A DNA stretch of 64,000 nt from Enoplolaimus lenunculus (taxonomy: Eukaryota). The stretch lies in contig JASANG010002430.1 of the NCBI GenBank assembly GCA_030248215.1, forward strand, positions 1 to 64,000, written 5' to 3'. The translations under genes were made by a program, and so were the position numbers. Below are positions 34,342 to 47,452 of this stretch, piece after piece (the first letter of the stretch is position 1; each line of letters opens with the position of its first letter). The notes below the pieces were generated by a model. It was not told the origin of the DNA, did no database searches, and worked only from the letters and a program-made list of their open reading frames with translations.

Positions 34342-34853
34342 TGTGGGGTTCACGGTACCGATTGTGCGCTTGGGACCTGTTTTGTCACCTACCCATACCA
34401 GGAGGTAGAAACAACCGATATGAATAGGTTGCTAGCTAGCTACTACCCATATGGGTACTTTTACGTTTGTAGCTATGGGTAGCTAGTCTTCGGTTTGTTA
34501 CCCATATGGGTACCTTGCGTTTGTTTTAACAATATTTATAGTTTGCGCAATTTTTTAGATTTTTTCCAAAGATATATTGTAAAAAACACTAAACCAGACT
34601 GTAAAACAAAACTCACTGTACTGAGCCGTTTTAAAGAGCAAGCTTGAAAGTGTATTATGTTGGCATCTATATGGGCTACGAGCAGACATCGTGACTACCC
34701 ATATGGGTAGGTCAATATTTCAAAAATTTAGCTATGTGCAACATTTTATTTCCTGTTGGTATTCATATGGGTAACAAAAAATTTAGTGTGTACCGCTATG
34801 GGCATAGTGACAAAACAGGTACCAAGCGCACAATTGGTAACGTGAACCCCGCA
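34342..34853. mobile_element. PIF/Harbinger-type MITE, copy 2
   Basis: Colinear and highly similar to 8042-8555; TAA TSD at 34339-34341 and 34854-34856. Confidence 0.92.
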
Positions 34854-35559
34854 TAACGGGCAACTATGAGTGGACTGTAATTTAGAGCACCTGGGTGGAA
34901 GCTTACAGCGATATTAATACAGAAAACCCGGTGTTACGAGTGATTTCGAATACTGAATTAGCTTCTTTTTTCCTGTTTCTGGCCCAAATTTTGCCTAGAT
35001 ATATTCCTTAGTACAAATAATTAAAATTTCAAATGTTAGTATACGATATTCTACACTACATTCAGGCTACTTGGTTTACCACAATGCAAACGTTTTCGAA
35101 AATATCGCATATGATATTGACTAACAATATTTCGAATATCATATGATATTGCAGTAAAAACACCGAATGTCACTTCAGGATAACAGACAATTCATATTTT
35201 TTGAATTCGATGGCGCATCGACATGCAGATCCGTTAATAGGGACAAAACGTGTTCCAGGTTGCTCCAGTTATACGTGAACCCCGCATAAGCTATGGTGTA
35301 TACCCACAGAAATGACAGAAGCGGATAATGATCAAAATGACGGAAACGGATATTGACGTAAAAGGCTCAAAAGATGTGTATTTTTTTATTTTAAACAGTT
35401 TCGGTATAGACGTGTACTGGGTTTTTAAGAAACTATTAAAAAACAGCAGACGCACGGAAAGTTTTGGGTGAGTTTGGTTATTTTTAGTTTAAAAACAACC
35501 GGAGACGAGAGAAACCGGAGCCGGATCTCTCCAGGCTACAACAATTCGAAGAATTTCAC

Positions 35560-36003
35560 AGCGAGTATACGGGGTGTAACTTGTGTATGTGCAGAGTGTG
35601 TAAGACGCATACATACTCGTGCACATAGAGGTACGGGGTTCGATTCTCGGCGTGGTGGTGGCCATTTCTTTCGGAGAAATTAATAAAACCATTATATTCG
35701 CAGCACTTCGGGGACTGGGGTCGTTTCGATCGTGCAGTCTGACATGGAGGTCACACCGAGACGGGCGCTGTAAATTGCAGACTCATGGATTCGGAGAAGT
35801 TTGAATTCGCGGTCCCGGGGAGACCGCCGAAAATTGGGTCAATGTGAGTATACACGGTTTAGCTTGTGTATGCGCAGTGTGTGTATGTTAAGACACATAC
35901 ATCGATATTTTCCGGCGTGGCCATACCTTTCGGAGAAATAAAAAACAATTATATTCGCAGTACTTCAGGGAAAGGGTTCGTCCCGACCGCGTAGTCTTGA
36001 CAT
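35560..36003 (+). repeat. Two tandem, internally deleted copies of the 18440-18680 family
   Basis: Shared CTTTCGGAGAAAT and TATATTCGCAG blocks; the first copy keeps a B-box-like GGGGTTCGATTC. Confidence 0.7.
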
Positions 36004-39000
36004 TGGCTACCGAATAAATTTATGCTGGATTCACGATATACTGGGGCAGGCGGGTCACAGTTTGTCCCATGTTGATTCAACGTTAAATCTCATATTGGAT
36101 CAACATTCAAAGCTCGAAGGTCATATGACATTTAGCTTACAAACCACCGCTCTCAGATGTTAAATGTGTAGAAGAGTCGGTATGTCACGTGATAGTGTGG
36201 GACATTTATGCGAATATCATATGATATTCCAGAATTTTACAGCGAATATCATATGATATTCAGCGGAACAGTGTAATCATCGAGTGGTAATAAGCAACTG
36301 GAATGTCCAGCGGCAGTGGCACAGATGTGCGCTAAAATACCGAATGCACGCCTGCAAATTCGTTCCGACACAAGATCGCTTAGAACCACACCTCATAATT
36401 CAGAAATTCAACTTTCAAATTGTAAGTGTCATTTGAAAATATTATGATACTGAACAGCAAAAGGTGACCTACACATAAATAGCAGACGTTACCCAATAGT
36501 CTAATACTGACAAAACATGTCCTGGGCTGCCCTCGTTATAACATGGACCTCCATTAGTAATGGGCATCGGATATTTTTTCATATCCAATTATGGCAATTC
36601 TCACTGGATATTTATCCGGATATATCGAGATATCCGGATATTCGACGTTACATTTTCTATTTCGGATATCCGAAACTCGACTTTGCGTTTTTTTGGGTTT
36701 CCGAGCCTCAATTTTTGTTTCTCAAGAACATGATTTAACTTGTTGCTCTAAGGAAAATGGCCCATGGAAAGATCAGTGGCGGATAGTTTTTCTGTGGGAT
36801 AAGCTTTAGACTAATTTTTTGCTTGGTTTAGGCATAGGCTTAGGCTATGGCTAGAAATAAGCTCATTCCTACACTTAGGTTTAGGCTTAGGCTCAGGAAT
36901 ATGCTTATAATACTGTTCCGCCCCTGTTCCTTAGATTGGCCAGTGAATTACACTAAACCACAAGTTGATTGCTAAAAGGAAGAGCGTAAAACATGCAAGT
37001 ATAAAAATAGTTTTTATATGCAACTACTTACAATAGTGCTGGGTATTCGGTTTCGAAGATTGCTACTGACTAATAAATAGTTGCTTTGGGTACCTAAGAT
37101 TGAGTTGGTCTGTCCCTGATTCTACTGAATGTGATTCTTCCCTCAAAATTTTTTGAGAGGAAAATCTTGTAATGTAGGGACCATATAATTTTTTACAGAA
37201 AAACTTTATGATTCGGAAAATAGTTTTGCAGGGGGACATTGTCATTTTATCACAATAAAAGCGGAATTAAAAATGTATTTTCAACTGTTCAAAAATCTAT
37301 ATAAACAAAAAAGTTCTATTTTAATAAATTTTCGACAAAGCGCCAAATTTTTTAGTTGATAACTCAATATTGTGTTGACAGAAAAATAAAACATCTTTGA
37401 AAGTTCAATGATTCAATATCTGTTGCCTCCGTTATTTTGATCACTATACGTTTCTGTTATTTTTACTATCCGTTTGCACTCCGAGCTTTTATCGATGTCC
37501 GCCATTATTTATCAGTATCTTGTTAATATTTTTGTTGTTCGATTCAGTTTCGGATTTTTTAAGTATTAAAACAAGCGAGTAATCATTTGTTCGACGAGTA
37601 CAACTGCAAAAACATGGTCTGATACTGCTAATTTTATCAGACTTTTCTTGTAGTCCCAAAAGCAAATTGCAGATATTTTTCAATGCCAATTTTTGCCATC
37701 AAACTAAAACGCTTGTAGCATGCTTTCGTACGCTGCCACAAGCGAATAAACTAAATCAAGGAACCAAAAAAGTACTGATCAAAACCTTTATTATAAAAAG
37801 AAATGGTTGTGTTGTGATCAACAGCAAAATCATACAAAATTGCATGGGCACCCAGTTTGTTGTTGTCAACTTCAACACAACTCACTGACTCATTTGTATA
37901 GATATCGTATATAACGGCGATTTATGGTAACTCATATTAAGATTGTTTGAGGGGCACAGTCGGAGAAGAGATAGGGGGCACTGACAGTTTTAGTAACTTT
38001 TACAAATGTATTTCTGTTAACGACTAAATTCTAGGGGATACATATGAACTAAACCCCATATATATACTTTAGGTAATTGACGCGGCCCTTTCCAAACCAG
38101 AATCCTGGCAACGTGTAAGAGTCGGCTTATGGTGCTTTCAGCGGTTTCAACTGGTGCCAGAACGAACTGTCAAAATTTGTGTCGCACAGCCATCGTTAAT
38201 ATGCTCGAGGAGGTCATTCTGTTCGAACAGAACCTTGAAAAGACTGATGATAGTTTGTTGTGGACTGTTTTGAAGTCTTGACTCAAATTAGAAGTCAAAA
38301 AAGCATCATGGGTATTTGATATTTGCGATGCCACTGTTTCGCTACTTTGAGATCAGCTCTGTTGGCTGTGGAATAGTTTCTGTTATTGCGTGATAGAACC
38401 GAATTATAGATAAAACTCTACATACTGGCGACTAGGTCAAACTTTTTACCAGTGGTGTAAAGAAACGTTTTTGGATCGTCGATGGGAAACCAAATGCAAT
38501 TTTAGTGCTAATCTTCACGCAAAATTTTGATTTTAATCCATGTTGATAGTTTGGACCTGGGTGGGCCGCTTTATGCGTGACGCACGTTTTAATCGGAGCA
38601 GGCAGGTGACGATTTCTCCCATGTTGATTCGACGTCAACAACTTAGGTATGTCACGTGATACTGTGGGACATTTATGCGAATATCATATAATTCAAAATT
38701 ACAACGATTATCATATGATATTCAGCTGTCAGTGCAATCTGCGCTTGCTTAGAAATGAATATAAAGTCACATGACAGACGCACGTACTTTAAAATACCAA
38801 AAACATGCCACAAATTTCGTGATGCCAAAATCGCTCAGAACTACGGCTTCACAGTCCAAAAATTCAAATAGGACAATTTGGGTACTGTAGTGACCTGAAT
38901 AAAGGGGGTCCCCATTTTGAGTCCCAATCAATTAAACTCAGTATTCCTAATAAGAATGCGTAATCGGATAGAGTCCTTAAACCCGAATTAGAGTCCATAT

Positions 39001-40532
39001 ATGTCAACTGTTTTTAATTGTAGTGCATAAATAACTTCAGATCCAAATAAACTTGAGTTCGAAACGTTAAAGCATAAGTACTTAAGCTTGGAAAGTGCAT
39101 ACATTCGTAAGTATAACATTTCATTGCAACGGATAATTGCAGTACCGGATATATTTTAATATACGAAGGGCGGGGGAGCGTGGGTTAAAAATAAATAACA
39201 GTGCGTAACCGAATAACAGTGGGAAACCCTCTGGAGAGGTCAAATAAATATATCTCCCCTACTTTTTATTTGCGTCATTACAGCATGCTACCTCACAGGT
39301 ATGCATCCGTCAGTGGACCACGTTTCTCGACGTTTGTCTGAGTTTTCTGTGGCCGGTTTATCACTTCGAGCTGATCATTCGCTGCGGTTTGATTTTTAAC
39401 ATTAAAGATGTTTTATGGGTCATCTATCTAATAAGTGCTTGTGATTTAGAAAAATATTACCTAAAACGAACAACCCAGATTTGCAGTTTTGTTGAGAGTT
39501 TTTTGCCAATGTATAGAGCAGGACCGTAACAGAAGTATAAGCATATTCCTAAGCCTAAACCTAAGCGTAAAAATGAGCTTATACCTAAGCCTAAGCCTAA
39601 ACTTAAGCAAAAAATTTGTCCAAACTTCAGCTCACTCATTTGCAGTCCCGTAGAAAAACGTCCCACTCAACATGTTTTATTTTTGTGATAACACAATTGA
39701 GGCGAGCGTATATTCACCAGTTTTCAAAAATTTTAATGAAAAAATGGCGGACGCATTGAATTTTTTTGAAATTTTGTGTGAATTTTGTAACTGCAGCCTC
39801 TGTAATAAAAAATTGCGAGATATTCACGTGATTTATAACTACTAATTTTGGACGTAAAAATAACAGAATTTCCGTTATTTCTATAACGGAAACAGAAACG
39901 GAAACGGACACCAAGTTTTACCGAAAACTGAAACGGATATCCGGTTACACCCTGAACGTTACCTTCAGTGCAGCTTCGCCTCAAAGAACTTTTCTCATAC
40001 GGTTAATTTTCATAACAATTGATAGGTAGTTTATATGGTAATAATGACGGATTAGTATTAAAACTCATCTAAGCTTTGATCAGCTATTAAAATCAAGTAA
40101 ATAGATTTGCAGAAAATTCTACGTAGTGTAAACATTCCGGCCGAAACTGTATTGCGAAGCCATTCGTATTTTTAGAGGTTGATGTATTGACACGATTAGG
40201 GGAATGATTGATACTTATTTCGCCTATCCAGAGGCCCCCTCCAAATTAGGTTTTGGACTATTAGATACTTTCCGATCCCGTTTAAGTTGATTGTGCAACA
40301 CATATTTCTTATCTCAGTCATTTTTCATTTTAGTTATTACTTCAGAAATACACTTTTAAGACTGGAGTGTGCTGCTATGAACGTAGGTAACATAATGCAC
40401 GAGTTTTGAAATACATAATTCAGAGCTCACCTATTGATTCTGATTCAAAATAGGATCCCAAACAGGCTTTACCTGCCATACTTTTGCCCGGGACACCACA
40501 GCCTTCGTTAAAGCCATTAAAATCCTTTCTAC

Positions 40533-40811
40533 CAGGGTACGGCAATTTCGGCAGTGAAATTTTGCATGAGTTGACAAAATTTGTTTTGTGCGTTAAATTT
40601 TGGTACAAATTTGAAGAAAAGTTGCCAGGGTTTTGTAAAAAATAATCGTAAAACCAAATTATTTGACGCCACCTTACAAATATTTGCTAAAATTAGCGAA
40701 TCGAACTTTATTTTAACTTAAAAACTTCGCCTCACCACCGGCTTCACCTTCGGCTCGAGCAAATTTTGTTGAGCTCCGGCTCCACTATTTCTCGCCTCCG
40801 GTTGAACCCTG
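40533..40811. mobile_element. hAT-like MITE
   Basis: CAGGGT...AACCCTG termini; 8-bp TSD CTTTCTAC / CCTTCTAC (7 of 8 match). Confidence 0.8.
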
Positions 40812-40999
40812 CCTTCTACCGCTATTTTTTTGGTTTTCAAACAAGGTAAAATCGTTTATCCTTAGAAAATAGTACTCAAAAGTACCACATTCTCATACAT
40901 CTTCAGTATTTTAGGCAAAAATTTTGTTAACATGATTGCATAATAAACGTTCTAAGTTTTATTTGTCATCAAGCAAACATTTGTGATAGAAATATTTAA

Positions 41000-41259
41000 C
41001 CCTTTCACTCATAGAGTATACTATGAACAACTAAATACAATAATGTACGAGCAATACACACACTGTGAGCAGTGTTTAACATTTATAACATATATGCGCT
41101 GTGCAAAATCTCCACAAGAAGTTTCAGCCTCAGGCTCAAGCGTCAAGCTCCTATAGCTCAGTGGTCATCGTAAACGCCTTCCACCCGTGACACTGGGGAT
41201 CGAATCTTACCTTGAAATTACATCTCACATGAAATTGAAAATATTCATGTGAGAAAGGG
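41000..41259 (+). mobile_element. piggyBac-like MITE with internal tRNA-like cassette, copy 2; partial copies follow to ~41535
   Basis: TTAA-CCCTTTCACTCAT...ATGTGAGAAAGGG-TTAA; shares GGCTCAAGCGTCAAGCTCCTATAGCT(C/G)AGTGGT with 17394-17654. Confidence 0.8.
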
Positions 41260-41703
41260 TTAACGAAAAAATTGTTACTTAGTGTCTTTAATAAAAAATT
41301 CTTACTTAGTGTCTTTAATAAAAAATTCTTAGTGAGTATAACCTTTCACTCATAAAGATTTCTATGAGAAACTAAATACAATAATGTACGATCTCATATG
41401 AAATTGAAGATATTCATGTGAGAAAGGGTTAATGAATAAATTCTTACTTAGTGTCTTACCCTTTCACTCATAGAGATGAGCAACTAAATACAATAACGTA
41501 CGAGCAATACACACACTGTGAGCAGTGTTTAACAGCGTATGTATATTTCAATTTGATCCTTTCTTCGTGGAACGTATTTGAAACGACTCATGTTATAGTT
41601 CGAGAGAAGGGTGACATTCGGCAGAATCTGCTGAATTCCAGGTGGCCAACGCAAGTATTTACTAGTCAGTAGCAAGTTTCTAAACCAAACACTGAAGTGT
41701 GAG

Positions 41704-42125
41704 AAGTTCGTGATTTTGGCTAGACCCGGTATCCTGTATCTCCTGTATAGTTCTTTCCTCGATGTATGCTTATCGCTCTGATTTAGTAAACGCGGCCGGT
41801 AAATGTTTATTGAAACCCAACCCCAAATCCTGTATAACACCAATTAACACTACCAGTAAATCACAGGTTATGTAATTTAACTGGCAACCTGAGCCGGAAT
41901 CCTTAAAGCCGACGCCTGAATCTGGTTTAGTCCAGCCACTGGCTTTACCGTTACCAATACTTTTACTGTTTCCCAGAATCCGTGCGATTCTAACCCCGTT
42001 AGAATCACACCCTGATAAACCGTGCACTCTAACCCCGTTAGATTTACACCAAATTTCCGACCAATCTAACCCCGTTAGATTTGGCCAAACCGTTGTAGAG
42101 TAATAAATCTAACCCCGTTAGATTT
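41704..42125. repeat. Dispersed repeat, copy B
   Basis: Homologous to 1-495, with different sub-repeat copy numbers. Confidence 0.9.
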
Positions 42126-45100
42126 ATTAAACTACTTTTCCCAGGTTCCCCAGTAAGCCCAAGTTTTCCTTTAACACATGACTCCAGTATCCGATACTGG
42201 GTAATTCTGGCGCCTTGCGCTACACAACTGTATCCGTACACCTGATTTCCTTCACATTTTACGCCACCGTGACAATCTTAATCTAATCCAATTCAAACCT
42301 ACTTACCAATATGTCCGCTTCACCGCCTGAGACTGTCCAACCAAGAAACATATAACAATACACGCGCAGTTAAATACACCAAATTAGAGTCACCGATCTC
42401 ACTAGCTTCCAAGTCAAGACTGATTCCGGTCCTGGCTACCCCTTTTTGCATCTCGACCTCATTTGCATTTCGCCGACACCCACAGTTGGGTGTCCGCTAT
42501 GCGGTTAAAGTCCAGAGCCACACACCCGGTATCACTTCCGTAACAACAACAACAATATTAGCACCTTTAGACACACACATTAAAAGCACCATATTTGTGC
42601 TGACATAGCCTAGCTATGTCGTTATCCGCAGCATAGGCCAACAACAATTGCAACATTAATCAGCAACATTTTACGATCACGCAGGGCCCTGGTAAATTAA
42701 CATTGCGGACACAGCCGCCATTGCATCGATTTTAACAATTCTACGCCTTGTAGCAACGCCTAAGCCTAACTTAAGTTCTAAGAGAGACTAGGTGGAGCCA
42801 GGGACTCCCTTAAGGTGTGGTTTTGATTTAAGGTTTTATTTTGTATTTTAGTTTTTAGTTTGAAAAGGTTTAAGAGTGGCAGAGCCACCTACATAAAGTA
42901 TTATTGAAGCAGTTGCATAATAAATAACTATTCTAATTAGATTTGTATGTTTTAACCTGATAACAATCATCTTGTGGGAAAGGGTACATACTTTATAGCA
43001 ACAAGTTAAAAAACAAGGGCTTAAGAATCCCAAATTGAGGTTCGGGAACCCAAAAAAGCACAATCGAATTTGGGATATCCGAAATAAACAATTTAATTTC
43101 GAATATCCGGATATGCGGATAGCGGATATATCCGATGCCCATCACTAAATTATCTATGTCGATGCGTTTTGCAACATAATCATATCTATGTCGTCACATC
43201 TACAACTTAATATAAGAGAATTAGCCCTAGTATTCTGCGGGTTTCCTAAGAAATTATTTGTTGGCACTTGACCGGTATAGCGAATAAAAAATGTTTATAG
43301 AAGTGTGTATATAATTTGCAGCTGCACCAACTTAAAAAATTTACTTATCTATTTGCGCTCCCCAACTCAAATCCTGCACTCAAAATAATATTTCTGATAT
43401 TTACGAAACAATTTCTTACATTTAACAAACATAATAAGCAAGGTGCACTTGAAAAGTATTTCTGTTATAACAGAAAAGTTTTCAAAAAAGGTTTGAAATA
43501 AAGTCTGAAAATAAACGTTTCCCAGATATTTGTAGAAAAATTGCCTTAAATATCAGAAAAACTTTTCAGATTTGCCACAGAAAATATCTTTCCAAATAAA
43601 TTCAGAAATACTTTTTTGTGTGTGTGGACATTCATAATATACGTGTCTATATGAACTATGATTGTGGTAAACACGTTCTCAAACTATTAATGAATAATGT
43701 GAGAAATGCCGTTTACAATTTAAGTTCGTAGCTTAAAGGAAAAAATGTGAGTTTTGGGTCCTAGCGAGTCACATTAAACGTGATTAAGCTGTTAGGTTAT
43801 ATAATTTTCATGTATTCAATATACAAAACAGAAAGGTCAGTAATGGAAAATCGCTCATTTTCGTATACTTAGCATGTACAGATTAATTTCTGTAAGTATC
43901 AGTTGTGATATGAGGTTTAAGGTCGCATAGGTAGCGCGATTTCAATATTCTTGGAAAATATATAGCACAGAATTGAAACAGTCTATATACTTTTGCTATA
44001 CGAATCACATTACCTGCAAACTGCATTAAAACGGCAGAAAGCGACGTTACCACCAAACAGGGAAACAGCTAGTAAACAATATGACATAATCTATAAGCCC
44101 ATATTCTCAAATAGAGTAACTGTTGTCAGTCAGTAATAGGTTTTCAAACTAGTTTGCGGGGTTCACGTTAAAACTGGGGCAACGTGGGACACGATTTGTA
44201 CCTTTTAAAATATTGGGTAATATTTTGTCTGGTTTTATTAACCCTCTATCAAATTCCAAAACCGCACTTGCCTGCTAAGAACTGGTATGGATCATACCTT
44301 TGTATGTCAATGTTATATCTATCACGTTCTCGTTGTTGTTAGCCTTATAATACAGTTTTAAAAATATCTACACATGTCATGCAGTACATAGGTAGCTACT
44401 GTGTATGTCGAGTGTCATGATACTCTGACTGACAAGTTAGTAACATTGACATTAGCAGACGGGTTAAATGGTTCAGTTAGGCTATCGGACATTTCGCTGA
44501 ACTATGGTACCACCAGCGTATTTTTGGCTCGGACATTTTTATTTTGGCAGAGAAAACTGAAATTTTGGCGACAAATTGGCTGGTAACTTCAAATTTCAAC
44601 GAGAAAATTCAAATTTTGTCGATAAATTCAAGGGACATTTAAATTTCAGCGAGTAAAATTGACTAAGCCTAAACCTAAGCAAAAAATTAGGCTGAAACCT
44701 ATAATCCAAGTCCATTGCAGTCCTGATGGCATACAAGACGGCTCCTAACCGTAAAGATAGACAATTCAGATGTTGGCTAAGTGTTAGGTTTCAGTGGCCC
44801 GTGTCAAGATAAGGAGTGGAACGTTTTTTCGCGGGACAGCCATAAAGTAAGCTTAAGCTTTAGATATATTGTTTGCTTAGACTTCGGCTTAGGTATAAAC
44901 TCGTTGTTACCCATAGGTTTAAGCTGTAGGTTTAGGAATATGTTTATACTACTGTTGCGGCCATGTTCTATACATTGGTTTTTTCAGCTAAATGTCAACT
45001 ACGAAGCTTTGCTATATTTTTGTAAAGATTGTCTGTTTCTCCCAAAAGTTAAGTTTTACAAATATTGAAGACGTTTTTGTTTTCATGTATATATTTTTTA

Positions 45101-47174
45101 TTGAATAACTGTTTATTAGACTTGACATGGAGTAATGGCCCAAGAAGCCTTGTGTTGCACCGCACGAACGATCACACATTTTCTGATCTATAAAATTCTA
45201 AAATCACATCTTGGTTGTTAGTAAATATACTTTCGCTTTTGTAGGACTCGGTTATTTTTGTTTTTAGCGTTCTATATCTATGTCGTAGCCAACCTTCTGA
45301 ACTCAGACTCCCCGTAGGTAAGGGTGGGGGGGTCATTTTGCAAAAATTTTGCCCCCCCCTGGAAAATTTTCAGCCTTGCTTGTAAGTCATTGAAAACACT
45401 TGTATGCCCCTGCTGAAGATATTTTAGCCCCCTAGAAAGGTGTGCTGGCTACGGGCCTGACGGTGCAATTGCTTTACACCATAAAAAACTGGAAAATTAG
45501 AGTCTAAGCAACTTGTATACCCTTTCCAAAGTGATCATCTTGTGAAACGATATAAGCACATATTTTAGGTGTAGGTATATGTCGTAAAAGTATTGGGCGA
45601 AGGTACTTAACCTGGACGAACCATTAAGAACTAAATTAAAAAGTAGAGAATCCTGTAGATATTGACGAGCTGAGTTCAACAGTACCATTTTTATGCCTAC
45701 AAGATCACCTTTTATTCAGCGCGGCGAGATCTATGAAAACTTGATAGATTCTGCATCGAAATTGCGTGTATGTCTTTATCAGCGGCTAAATTTACTTGCA
45801 CACTGGCGATAAATTACTATTTTAATAAAGATCATATTTTGAAAATTAAATTCGAACTCTAACAATCAATAAACTCGTGTTCTCTTTTTAGAATAAATCG
45901 ACATTTACTCTTTTTTCAGCAAGGGGTCAAAACTGCTATACAGGATAAATACAGGTACCCTTCAGATAAAATAATAAAGTAGTCATTAGACTGTATATAT
46001 AATTACCCTAAACCTAACAGATATCGAATATATTTTTAAAGTTATACTATTTTCTAACTGAAATCCTACTGCTGCCCTTATGTTTTAATTTATATACTAT
46101 TTTAGACTACGTTTAATTTTGTATAAACCATACTAAATCACACTCACAAACTGAGTCATGTAGAAACTGTTATTTGATTAATTAGGATATATTGCATAAA
46201 TTCAATTAATATACTGCTTACCTACTACCAATTACCCAAAGGCGTCGGTACTAGAGAGGGAACAGCCTCATGTAAATAGCTTCTCCAAAAAGCGAGTGTA
46301 CCGAGCGTGAAGCATTGACTTATATTTTGGTTTCGAAAATTTAAAATGTTGATGCCTAATAAAAGTGCAGTTTCTTGTCTATCTATAAATTTCGGGATAT
46401 AATATCTTTCCCCCGACTACTTCCCAACTATACGCCGATGCCTACGGCATATTGTAGGGCTTACTACAAGGGCTGTAGTCCCGAAAAGTTCACCAGCTGC
46501 AAACCCCTAGAAATACGCGCGTATAAGGGATACACTTCAAATTATACTGTTGATATATCTCAGGAAATTTATAGAGAAACTCGAACAAGGCCGATTTTAA
46601 ACGTTTTTAGAATAACCTATTGAATAGATACTAAGGGTCGAATATTCGTTCTATATGATGTTCAACCCTCCCGAAATAAAATCTGAGTCACGCCTCTGGC
46701 ATGGTTATATATAACTGTATACAAAATATACCAGGGTGTTGTACACTTTTATAAATATTGGGGGTTAGGCGATGGCTATAGCGAAATTTCTAAAAGCACT
46801 GAAGAGGAAAAAGTATTTAGAGCCAGTAATAGTAGCCAGTAGCTTAGGACCCTATAACCCCACTTCAGAATTAAGATCTGTACAACCCATGTGTATTATG
46901 ATATATTCAATCCTTGCAGTTGCGGGATTATTTATCTACTTTAGCACGGCGTCTTTTGCAATAGAGGCGATAACTATACGCGGCACAAGGGGACAAGGGC
47001 TTACGATGTTGAGCTTAGGCTGAAGGATTACCTCGGTGTGTTTGGTAGAATCACTTAAAACAGGATTTTGGTTAGAGATGAAAGCCATTATCGTTGCTCT
47101 GTCTTGATTTTGACTAACGGCGCACAATTTAGATGTAGGTTTTGTGTTATCTGGGCCAGAGGTTATATAAAAGA

Positions 47175-47452
47175 ATGGATATAGGGAATATATTCTCTAA
47201 AGAACGTCGGGATAGAGAGGATGTACCTTTCTGAAGAGGAGGGATAGATTTTATAGGGGATATATGATATCCTATTCCTATAGAGGACGATAGATGGGAT
47301 ATATCCCCTCCCGAAGGGAGAGATAGACGAGATATATCTCCTACTGAACAAGGAATAGATTGCATATATGTTCTATTGAAAGGATAGATAGAGGGAATAT
47401 ATATCCCCTCCCAAAAGAACAGATAGAGGAAATATATCCTTTTCCTAAATGT
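47175..47452. repeat. Degenerate ~30-35 bp purine-rich minisatellite
   Basis: Recurring GATAGA...ATATATC(C/T)(C/T) units. Confidence 0.6.

Noticed and set aside
36555..43147. One 6.6-kb composite hAT element bounded by TAGT(A/G)ATGGGCATCGG ends
   Set aside because: No matching TSD; the two pieces are the same element end in opposite orientations.
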